DNA of 64,000 nt from Vitrella brassicaformis CCMP3155 (Eukaryota; Protista; Chromerida): the NCBI GenBank assembly GCA_001179505.1, contig CDMY01000412.1, forward strand, positions 1-64,000, given 5' to 3'. Positions 1 to 10,721 of this stretch are shown here, one piece after another. Made by a program: the position numbers and the translations under genes. The notes below the pieces were generated by a model, which searched no databases, was not told the origin of the DNA, and was given only the letters and a program-made list of their open reading frames with translations. Positions within the stretch are counted from its first letter, which is position 1, and every line of letters begins with the position of its first letter.

Positions 1-1480
1 TGCACACAAGGAGCGGGCTCGCTGGCTTGCACTCAATCCATCTCTCCCACCCAGTCAGTTTGATGGTGAGTATGACTTCATATATGAGTTGCATGAGATG
101 GAGCAGTGGGTGCTTGACGCTGACTTGTCAGACTAGCACCCACTGCTCCATGGGAAGGGCAGATAGGCCTTGTGCATGCATTCTGCATGTGCCTGTTGCC
201 TGTTTGGTGTGTGCTGTGGACAGAGAAGATGCCTGGTTGCGCCGGAAGGTAGCGCCGGGCTTAGGGACAGGTGTCTCGTCAAACCCTTAACCAACCAGGG
301 CAATCATCCAGAAGTACGTAACGGCGCTATTTAGAAGCGACAACCTGGCCTCCGGCTCTGCCAACTTGAAGGGTCGTGAAGGTGTATTCTTTCGTCAACG
401 ATCTTTTGGAGAGGCACGATCTTGTCAGCCATCGCCGACTTGCGACCCGACCTGACCGAGCTTCGAGAGACACTGACAACGTCTGTGGCGAAAGAAGAGG
501 TGATTAACACACCTTGTCAATGGGAAAAGTTGCTTTGGACCTGATGCGGGATGACGAAAATGGACAAGAAGATGTAACATGCTAGCGATGCTGACAAGGG
601 TGATGGCTTCAGCAAGAAGCGGACTCAAAAGCATGTGAATCCCCTTGATGCTGCCTGGGACAAGTGGCAAGCGGAGGAGAAAGAGGCGGATGACGAAGGA
701 GAGAAGAGTGTAGCGGTGCAGGGAGATGAGTCACATCATGAGTGTAATGTGGCTGAGAGGGGAGAAAAGAGAGAGAGCAGCACGCATCTTCACTGCTCAG
801 CATTTTCCGAGGAAATGCAACGTCCCTTCACCCAAGGGCTCATCACTCTCCAAGACCTACTCCCATAGCTCAACGCGATTTAACGTCTCTTCTGATAGCT
901 TTAGAAAAGCAAGTAAAGTTCAGGATAAGGGAGGGGAGAGTGGGGAGAAGAGTGAGAAAGAGAAGGGTGGGCTAAATTTGATGAGAAGTGAGATGTGTGA
1001 GAGGCAGGGTGTGGAAGATGGGGGTGATGTGGGAAGAAGTCCGGCTTATTCAAGGGAGGACAGTGCAATTTCTGGCTCTCTCTACCAACTCTACCAACCA
1101 CATTCCCCCTGCGAAGAAGTCTCGGAAGGGCTCTTTTCAGATGGGCAGAATCAAACCATCCATGTTGGTGCCTCGCGCTATAACTCCTAACCAACCGCCA
1201 ACGCTCTACTAACTGGGGTATATCGGTAGACGTTTCAGTGGTTGTTTGTATGTGGGAGAGCGCAGGGGAGTTTGTGATGTAGTTGTGAAGTATTTGCGGC
1301 GATGGGGTGTCAATGGTGAAGGGGCTGATGTCAGTTTGTTGAAGACTGATTGCGATACATTGTTGAATGTTGAAGCATGATCATCTATGAATGCTATTGT
1401 GTTTGTATGAAGACGAGGTACGCAATTGTGTATAATGTCTGTAGCCATGTGTGTTTGTGCGGAGGACTAAGAGTTGGAAA
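1..1480 (+). mobile_element. Possible decayed transposon or pseudogenic ORF remnant, family not identified
   Basis: No microsatellite introns. TpG/CpA-rich and CpG-poor by eye compared with neighbouring genes. A protein-like + frame (e.g. AIADLRPDLTELRETLTTSVAKEE, NPLDAAWDKWQAEEKEADDEGEK) is broken by many stops. Confidence 0.3.
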
Positions 1481-1815
1481 TAATTTTCAATCAACAGAAA
1501 CCTTAAAGGGACCCATCAATATACGATCAGTGCATTCAGTGCATTCAAAGGCAAACACGAGGGCACACATCGTACGTTGGTTCAATACAGAGAACGCACA
1601 CACACAGCATAGCGAGAGACCGGCCGCACCAAAAAAGGCGTCTCGCCTGCAATGAGTCATTCAAACATGTCTACGCATGTTGTCACTTCATTAGCAGACC
1701 TCCGTGCATCCCATGCAGGCAGGCGGCAAGGCAGATACAATGCATCGCATACCTGCCTCACTCCCCTCCCTCCTCCCCACATCCATCGCATCACACTGAT
1801 CGACCACACGGTCAG

Positions 1816-3039
1816 TCAGTCTTCCATCGCCGCCCCCTCCATCTCAAACTGCCGCTCATCGCGAGCAGACGCCAATCTCGCACGCTCTCTGACAGACACA
1901 TCCACACACAACAAGAGATACCAACACTCACTGTGGATGTCGTGTGAGTGACTCGGCGGGTGGGTGTGTAGGTGGTTGTGTGTGTCTGACCTCCTCCTCT
2001 CCTCCCTGAATTCGAATTCGAGTCTCATTCGTTCCTTCTCCTCCTCCTTCTTGCGCTTGTCGGCCAGCGTCCTCTTGTACTTCTTGACGTTCTTGAACTG
2101 CGCGTACTTGACCTTTCGCTGCTGAGACTCCACAGTGCCTGAGGTCACACACAATATACGCACACGTACACACACTTCATTGACGGATGGATGAATGGAT
2201 GTGTGGGTGTGTGCGTGCGTTTGTACCTGGCAGGATGACGGGTCTGAGTCCCAGCGTTTCCAGCACCGTTTTGTAGATGTCTGGCTTCGTACGGCCCAGG
2301 TACTTGAGCATCCGTCGCCGCTTGTTGACCAGACCCACCAGGCCCCTCCTGCTCGCAAAGTCCTGCAGACACACACGATGGATGGCAAGCACACACACAT
2401 TCGGCGGCCAACCGATGAGGTGAGCGCGTCTGATTGACTGATCGGCTGACCTTTCTGTTGAGCTTCATGTGTTCGGTGAGGTACTTGATGCGGGCGGTGT
2501 ACGAGGCGATTTGGAACTCGGGTGAGCCGGTGTCCCTCGTGTGCCGCCGGTAGGGCGCACGGGCCAGCTGCACCTGCTTCTGGTACACGTATGGCTGCAC
2601 ACACATACACATACACAGACAGAGAGAGATACAGCAGACTTCACAGATCTACGTGTTTTTGTGAGCATGTCCTCACCCCAGCGGGCTCCAGGTCGCTCTG
2701 CTCGACCTGCCATGGGTCCTTCTGCCTGGTGGCGAGTTCCTTTGCCCTGGCCTTGATGAGCTCCATCTCCTCGCGCTTCTCCGGTGACAGCTTGGCCATC
2801 TTCTGCCGCTCGTCGTCTGTCATGACCTCATCGTCGAAAGCCGTCACCCTTTTGACCGGTGCAGGCATGTCGTCGGCCACGTCGGAGAGCCTGTCGACGC
2901 TCATGAGGGGCGAGAGCGGCCTGGCAGGTCTGAGGCCGAGGGATCTGGAGAGAGAGGGGGAAAGGGGCGAGGGAGGGGTCACAAAGGAATCCGCCACGAA
3001 TGCGCTCGCGGCAAGGACGAGGGACGCCAAGATCCTCAT
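1816..3039 (-). CDS. rpsO: Plastid-targeted bacterial-type ribosomal protein uS15 (spliced)
   Basis: Leader [20 protein letters not shown] (signal peptide with ASAF motif) followed by an S/P/R-rich transit-like segment. Core [31 protein letters not shown]|[22 protein letters not shown] matches the uS15 signature. Basic C-terminal extension; stop at 1816. Confidence 0.9.
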
Positions 3040-3133
3040 TGCTGAGCCTTCCATCGAGCGTGGGCGGCCAGAGTTTGCAGCTCAGCTCGCAATAGCTCGC
3101 AGCCGGATTCGAGCAAACGCCTCGCCAGCCACC

Positions 3134-3925
3134 ATGGTAAGTGGAGATCTCTGCCTCTTGGTGGCCACACGACCACCCTACCTAATCTCGCACGTTGACA
3201 TCCCCTCCCTCTGGCTGTGTGTGCCTTGCGCTGTGCGTGTGTGTCAGGCGGATCAGCAGCCGAAGAAGCGCACGTTCAAGACCTTCTCGTACCGTGGCGT
3301 GGAGCTGGATCAGCTCCTCGACATGAGCAAGGAGCAGGTCGTCAACCTCTTCCGAGCCAGACAGCGGCGGCGGTTCTCGCGGGGCATCAAAAGGCAGGCA
3401 TCAACCCTCATCAAGAAGCTGCGCAAGGCGGTACGGACAGAGACAGACAGACAGACAGACAGCCAGACAGACGTCGCGCCACTCAGTCCACTGGAGTGCC
3501 TGTCTGACTGGTCTCCTTTGTGTGTGGTGTGTGTGTCGTATGTGCGTTGTGTGTGTGTGTGTGTGTAGGTGAAGGAGACCGCTTACGGCGAGAAGCCCAA
3601 GCCGGTCAACACGCACCTGCGCAACATGATAGTCATGCCCGAGATGATCGGCAGCATCGTCGGCGTCTACCAGGGCAAACAGTACGTCAACGTCGAAATC
3701 AAGGTCAGACAACAATACACACACAACCGCACCACACGCACCAGAGAGAGGCTGACGGGATGTGTGTGTGTGTGTGTCTGCCTGTGCTGTGCTGTGTCTG
3801 TGTGTGTGCAGCCTGAGATGGTGGGTTACTACTTGGGTGAGTTCGCCATCACGTACAAGCCCATCCGCCACGGCAAGCCCGGCATCGGAGCAACCAACTC
3901 GTCGCGATTCATCCCACTCAAATAA
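3134..3925 (+). CDS. RPS15: Cytosolic 40S ribosomal protein S15 (uS19), 4 coding exons
   Basis: Exons 3134-3136 (ATG only), 3248-3430, 3569-3703, 3812-3925 splice in frame to [27 protein letters not shown]...[23 protein letters not shown]...[37 protein letters not shown]. Confidence 0.98.
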
Positions 3926-4558
3926 AGACACGCTCACATCACCACCACCATGCGCAGCACAAAGTCAGTGGTTTGCTCACTCGACTCGTGGACGCGTGTG
4001 TGTCGTGTTCACTCTTTCACCTGTGGGTGGGTGGGTGGGTGCTTTGAGTCCGTCAGTCTGTTTGCATCCTTCATGCACTCGCCTGTCTGTCTGTGTGCAT
4101 GGTGTGACGCGAAGGCTGGAGGACCGTGTGTGTGACGTGACGTGACGACCGACGGCTGACTATGCACACCTGGACGGTGGAGGCCATGGCCTTTTGAAGT
4201 CAGTGTGTGTGTTGCATGAAGTGAGGTTTTCATCCAGCAGCGCAGGGAGGGTTGTCAGTCACGAAGAGCTCATTGATTCATTCCTTCATCAACACACATT
4301 CACACACCCATGTCTGCACATCTGCACAGCTGCGACTATAGCTATTGCAGGTCTCCTAGCCGACCAACCAAGGAGCCATCCATCCACGCACCCACCCATC
4401 CATTCATCTACCGTCCGTCCCTTGATTACACGTGAGAGACAGATAGCCTCTCTTCTCTCACACACACACGCACCACCCACCACCCACCCACAGCCACCCT
4501 CACCCTCACCCGAGCCTGACGCGCTTGCTGGGTGGCGCCCGCGTGTCCCCCTCTCCCG

Positions 4559-4798
4559 TCACCTCATTATCGCCTCTGCGGTTGCTGCCCTTGCCCCCCT
4601 CCCCACTCGCCATATCGTAGGTGGGCGTCGGCTCGGCCCGGACCTGCTGCTGCTTCTTGCCCCGGCTGGGACGGGGGGGCGACCTGGTGTCTGTGTCTCT
4701 GCCTGCAGGTTGTTCGTCGATGTGGCTGGTGTGCGAGGGATGTCGCCTGTGACGGGGTCGAGGGCATTGGGGGACGGGAAGCTACCTGCACACACAGA

Positions 4799-4837
<39 letters not shown>

Positions 4838-7014
4838 GGTGGGTGGTGGTTGATTGGGTTGTCTGTCTGTAGCCTTTCGCAGAGCATACACACCAGAGAG
4901 GTCGAATCGCCAGGGGTGTTTGTCGCCTTCAGTGCGCTTCAGGAACGGCACCGCCTCGGGACTAAAGGAACGCCCACGCCACACAGCGACACACACAGCG
5001 AAACTGGTCACTTATGGTGGGTGGTGGGTAGCTGTATGACCCTACCATGCGACAAAGGCTCTCTTGAGCCATCTCTCGTTCATCCGATCCTTGCTGAAAT
5101 TGGCACCCTTCATCTCCTCACGACCTACACACACACACACACCCCAAACAGAAAACAAACAGGGACGGCCATGGATTGCCCCTGTCTGTCTGTCTGTCCG
5201 ATTCCCCCTTCCCACCCTCCCTGTCTCAGGCACGCACTCACCGTGCATCGAGTAGAGGTTGTCGACGAGCAGCAGGCCGCCCGGCAGCAGCTCCACCTTC
5301 TCGGCACGCTGGTTCATGAAGCCCATCAGAGCTGACAGCGCCTCCTTGGCCTGACACACACACAAAACACACACACACACACACACACATGTAATGGTAT
5401 GAAGAATAAATGGATGAAGGGAGTGGGGAATGACGCGGCCTCACCTCCGTGTCACTGTCATCAGCGGCTTTCAGAGGTTTGAAGTCGCCCCGGAGGATCA
5501 TCGGCCCCTTCTCCGCTGTCCCCCGCTGCAGCACCGCCATCGGCTTCTCAGTACGCTCCTTCGCCAAAGGCGTCAGGAATTCGGACCTGTGACACAAAAT
5601 ACTCTCACACACGCGGGGGCGTGGACGCCTGGTGAGTGGCGCGTGTGGCTGGCTGACCCTGGTTGATGAATCTGGGCTGCATGAGTGTGGAGATCTGCTC
5701 CTGCGATAGGCAGGTCGACAACTCCTCTGCGGAGGGCACGGGGGCGATGGTCGTCTGTGGGGTGGGTGTGCAGAGAGGCAAATTTCACGCGTGGCGTTTG
5801 TGCAGTGGATGTGATGTGCAGCTTACGCCTTCGTCTCGGGGGTTGCGCAGACACAGCAGCACCAGGTACCGCTTCCTGCACACACATATTGACACACGAA
5901 ACACGCCTGTGTGCCATGCAGGTAGACACAAACATGCCTACCTGCAGGGGTGGTACGAGTCTTCCACGTGCAGGCGCTTCTCGTTGACGTCGCCCTCAGA
6001 CACGTCATTCTAGAACTCCACTGGCCCTTCTGCAACAATCACACACACACACACACATGTGGGTGGGGTGGTTGCATACGGCTGTCGTGTGTGTGCGCAT
6101 CGGTCACCCCCTCGGGCAGCTCCTCCTTGGCATAGGTGTTCTGGAATCGGGGCGGTGATTCCATGACCTCGTGCGTCTGTGTCAACCAACGAACAGCACA
6201 CACACACACACACATGGCCATGCATCCACACGACGGGCCCGGCGTGTGTATGGTGGTGCGTGGTGTGTGTTGCCCTCTTTGTGTCTGTGTCTGTGTGTGT
6301 GTGTGCCCACCAGGTGGCCGCCCTGCAGCAGGTCCCAGGTGTAGGGGATGGAGCCGATGGCTTTTGCAACACAGAACCCCCCAACCATCACCTGATTGAT
6401 GTATACGGACGGACGGCCACACGACGCGCAGACGAGTGACTGACTGCTCGCACTGAGTGTGGCGGCTAAGTGTCTGTCTGTTCGCCCCTGACGTATACCT
6501 ACCGCTACGTCACAGGTGGTGTTGCGTTCGAGCATGGCGATGTACTCGTGCTGCTTGGCCTCGTCTTTGGGGTACGCCCGCTGCACCTCGATCTCACACG
6601 TAACCTGCCGGCAAGACAGAGCAACACATGGGCATCTCTCTCGTGTGTGTGTGTGTGTGTGTTTACGCTGGGTGTGGGTCTGCTGTGTAAGTCGTGCCGT
6701 ATGTCGGCAGGGTCGACGAAGGCCGACACCTTCATGCTGCTGGTGGGCTTCAGGCGCGCCTTGAACAAGTCAACCACCTCAGACAAACCTCCACCACCCT
6801 CACACAACTCATCCATCTGCAGTGCACACCACACAGATAATAACAGCCGGCCTCTTCTTGGTTGCATTGTGCATGTGTTCACCTTCTCTGGGAAGGAATG
6901 GTCATCAGGCAGCGTGCCCTCCTTCTGCAGTGTGCTGGCTATGGACCAGATGCGCTTCCGCAGCTCTGGCGGGAGTTCGATGGTCGGCAGGGTCGGCTGC
7001 TTCGGATCCGCCAT
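4559..7014 (-). CDS. Fe(II)/2-oxoglutarate dioxygenase, TauD/clavaminate-synthase-like, VioC/AsnO-type (multi-exon)
   Basis: Spliced product contains IGSIPYTWDLLQGGHLTHEV...KRLHVEDSYHPCRKRYLVLLCLRNP (HxE iron motif) and VELLPGGLLLVDNLYSMHGR...ERWLKRAFV (distal His and 2OG-binding Arg). The last exons are less certain. Confidence 0.85.
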
Positions 7015-7147
7015 TGCCGATGAGTGCACAAGTAACGAGGAGCGTAAGAAGCGTAAAAAATGCGAGCTCAGGGGGGAAGGGAGGCGATCGCGGCAACTGG
7101 CGCTTCCTGGGCGGCGAGGAGGGCTGGATTATCATTGGCAACAATGA

Positions 7148-9980
7148 ATGCATAGCCGTCTGGCAGCCTCGGCCCTTCTTCTTCTCGTCCACACAGCGCC
7201 ACTGGACACAGCGCTATGCAGCATCCGGAAGGCTGAAGGTCTGCCCGTAGCCAGGCTGCGGAGCGGCGTGCCTGTCCCCAGAGTCCGCCCTGCCTACACA
7301 GTTGCACCTGCCGGCACATCGACGGGCTTGAGGCTGGCGGGCAGCTCTGCACTGAGGATGGCGACTGCTGCAGGTAGGCAGGCAGGCGTGAGAGGGAACT
7401 GCATGCATCAAGAAAACGGTTGAGGGCTTTGGTTTGTTGTTCGTGGCGTGTGTGGTGTGGTGTGGTGTGCAGGTTCCGGTTTGCGACGTCGCGGCGACGT
7501 GCCGTTCTGCGGTGTGAATGAGGACAAGATCAGGAGCGCCAGGCCGCTCTTCAACGACAATGTCCTCCGATACCTCTACGACTGGATCACTGGTGGGTCA
7601 GTCAGTCAGACGGGCCAGAGTGAAAGAGAAGCCAAGCCCTCGTCCATCTATCCATCCATCCATCGCGTGGTGTGTGTCTGCAGAGCGCCACAGGATCTAT
7701 AAGCGCAAGAATGCGGGTGAGGCGGCGCCGTGGACGACCGACCAGGTCCTGCTCGACTTCCGCTTCTGCAACGTAAGGAGGGAACTCGACAGGGAATCGA
7801 GGTGCGTACAGTGATAGACTAACACACAGACACACACACACACAGACACACACACTCGCCATGTGCCATTGGGCATTCTCTTTTGTTTTTGTGTTTGTGT
7901 GTGTGTGTGTGTGTGTGCGCAGGGCGTTGATTGAGCAGGTGGTGAAGAATCCCGACCTCTGGTACGCATGATGATGGGGCGATGGGGTGGCCGGTGTCAG
8001 TCATGTGGTGTGTTGTGTTGTGTTGTGTTGGTGTCCTTCCTTTTGCCTTGATAGCTACCGTGCCAAGGTGATGAACTGCATCTGGTTCCGTCTCTTCAAC
8101 AAACAAGACACATTCCACATCACCGGACCACTCACACTACAAGTAAGACAAGACAAGACACACACGATCACACACTGCCGCCCTCTCTCTCTCTCTCTGC
8201 GTGTGTGTGTATGTGCTATGTGTGACGGCCATGGTGATAATGGTGGTGGTGCAGACGCTGGGCTCGTTGGGCGATCCGTCTGTGTTGCGTTCGTACGCGG
8301 CCAAGTTTGAGGAGCACCAGCGGGCGTTCCCCGAGTACGTCTTCTTCACCAACGCCTTCCTCACACAGGGGCTCAGGGGCAGCTGGCGGTTCCCTCCCCA
8401 ACTCGATGGAAGTCAGTCAGTTGTCGACACCCACGCCACACACGGAATGCATTTGTGTGTGTGTGTGTGTGTGTGTGCAGGGGAGGTGCCCTTTGACCCG
8501 GAGAGGATGCTCTACGCAATCGAGCACATCTTCAGCGACGGATTCCTCGTGAGCACACAACACACACAACATGACATCAGTCAGAGAGGGAAGGAGGGCG
8601 GAATGGATGAATGGACTAAGCAAGCCTTTGTTGTTGTTTGTTTTGTGGTATATCTATCAGGAGAAGATAGGTGTGACGTCAGACCCGTCCTACCACAAGC
8701 CGGGCTTCAGCCAGCAAGACGTGTACGAGACGCTCAAGGGATACAAAGGCATGTCCATGTCCATGTGTGTGTGCAGATGTTCGTCGACTTCACCTACATC
8801 GCAGAGTTCCCCTACAGCGAGAACGAGTTTGTGGTCAGCCAACCAAGCGACCAACCGACCACACAGCACACAAAGCACACAGACATACAAAGACACAAAC
8901 AAACAGACAGACAAGCGGCTGTGTGTCTGTGTGTCATTCAGGTGTCGGGTCCTGGGTGCGAGGCCGGCCTCAATGTGCTCTTCAGAAACAGAGACGGTCA
9001 GTCAGACAGACAGACAGTAAGGCACACAGACAGACAGACACATGCCGTGCGGGAGGGAGGGGACTAGTGGATTGCGTTGGCTCTGTGTGTGTGTGTATGT
9101 ATGTGTGTGTGTGTGTGTGTGTGTGTTGTGAGCAGGTTTGACTGACGAGGAGTTGCTATTCTGGCTGCGGGACAACATCGAGGCGGCATTCAACCACAGG
9201 AACCTCAAATTCGACGCCAAGGTCAGCCACCCGGCCACGCGGCCACCCATACCCACACACACATATGCCTACCTCTCCCCTTTTCCCTCGCCTGTGTGTG
9301 TGTGTGTGTGTGTGCAGGAGTTGTTTGACGATTTGGAGGACGAGAGCGCCCGCTGCCTCAACATCATGTGCCTCGAAAACTGTATGTGCGAACTCAGCAA
9401 ATACACCAAGGGTGAGGACATACACACACAGACAGATCCACCCACCGTCTCCCTCTCCTCTCTGTGTGTGCGCCTCTATCCATCTCTCCATCCTCTGTCA
9501 GCCCGTCAGAACAAGGGCCGCCCGCGCAACCGCTACCATCCCACCCTCTCGCCCATCCCCGGCTCACAGCACATGCCCAACCTCGGGGACTGGCTGCCGT
9601 CTGCATCTTCCGCCAGCAAGGGCAAGAGCAAGAGCAAGAGCAAGAGCAAGAGCAAGAGCAACAAGCGCAAGGGACGGCCGTCGGGCATCGCCAAGGGTGT
9701 CATCAGAGCACCGGTGCAGCGCAACCCCTCCCTCTCCCCGTCCACCATGGACGAGACGGCAGCATCACCAGAGCAGCAGGGGGCCATCGTGATGGCGTCG
9801 CAGCAGAGTGTGGGCGTGTCGGTGGGCGAGGACAGTGGTGCCCCTGTCTCTGCTGCTGCTGCTGGTGGGGGTGAGGGTGAGGGTGAGGGTGGTGGGAGGA
9901 AGAGGGCGCGCGTAGGGTTGCGGCCGAGGGGTTCCCTCAAGCCCAACCGCAATAGCGACTTCTCATACACGACTGACTGA
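7148..9980 (+). CDS. aGPT-Pplase1 / 5-hmdU DNA kinase helical-domain protein with N-terminal leader and basic C-terminal tail (about 12 exons)
   Basis: Exon 7684-7801 encodes ERHRIYKRKNAGEAAPWTTDQVLLDFRFCNVRRELDRES. Later exons encode NCIWFRLFNK, FFTNAF, GPGCEAGLNVLF and LENCMCELSKY. These are the family-typical motifs in the expected order. No P-loop kinase module is visible. Confidence 0.85.
9618..9664 (+). repeat. (GAGCAA)n coding hexamer repeat encoding KSKSKS...
   Basis: Directly visible: aagggcaagagcaagagcaagagc..., in frame as KGKSKSKSKSKSKSNKRKGR. Confidence 0.95.
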
Positions 9981-10721
9981 CTCATTGAGAGAGTTAATTG
10001 ATGTGTGTGTGAGAGAGAGAGCTGAGTTGTTCAAACCTTGTTGGCCGGCAGCAGAGAGAGAGAGAGAGCACAGCAAACACAGTGCACCTGTGTTTGTTGT
10101 CGTGGTCAGTAGACGGATGGATGGATCGGCGTGTGAGCTGCTTTCGTGCTTTCATTAGAAGGGGACGGGAGTGCCTGCCTGTGTGCGTGTGTAGGACAGC
10201 CAGGTGTGTGGGGTTACTGTATAGCTGTCTGTCTGTCTCGACTTTGCTGCTTGGACGCCCTCTGCTGTGTACAGGATGACCGATAATTCGATTGAAACGG
10301 TGCTGCCTCATTATTATGCTTTTCTATCGCCCTTATCAGCTCAGCTCGTCGTCTCAATCACCCTCACTCCCACTCACTCACAGTCTGACTCACTGAATGA
10401 ACACAGTCGCTCCACCGCCAGCATTCACAGCACAACCTCCACCCACTCACCACGACCTCTCCTTCCCTCCCTCCCTCCCTCCCTCCCTGCCTCCCTGCCT
10501 GTGACTACGACAGCACGAAAGCGGGACGCATCGCATCGCACGCATCATGGCGACCGACCGCAAATGTGCACCCCACCCGCACGGATCTGCAAAAAATGCA
10601 CTCGCTCGCACTTGTTGTACAGACCTGCGCAGCCACACCGACAGTGTGTCCCTCTTGTCGCTCCCCGCTTTTGGCCCCACCCCTCTCTCCAGCCCGACAC
10701 TCACCAGCACATGACGAAGAG

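Noticed and set aside
1816-3925. Two S15 genes as a tandem duplication
   Set aside because: Bacterial-type uS15 and eukaryotic RPS15 (uS19) are unrelated proteins.
4559-7014. Dioxygenase as a TET/JBP thymine hydroxylase that makes 5-hmU directly
   Set aside because: The motifs are TauD/clavaminate-synthase type (HxE, DN...HGR, RWLKR), not TET/JBP. Direct DNA oxidation is not supported.
7148-9980. Calling this protein a complete 5-hmdU DNA kinase
   Set aside because: No Walker A/P-loop module was found in any exon; only the helical domain is supported.
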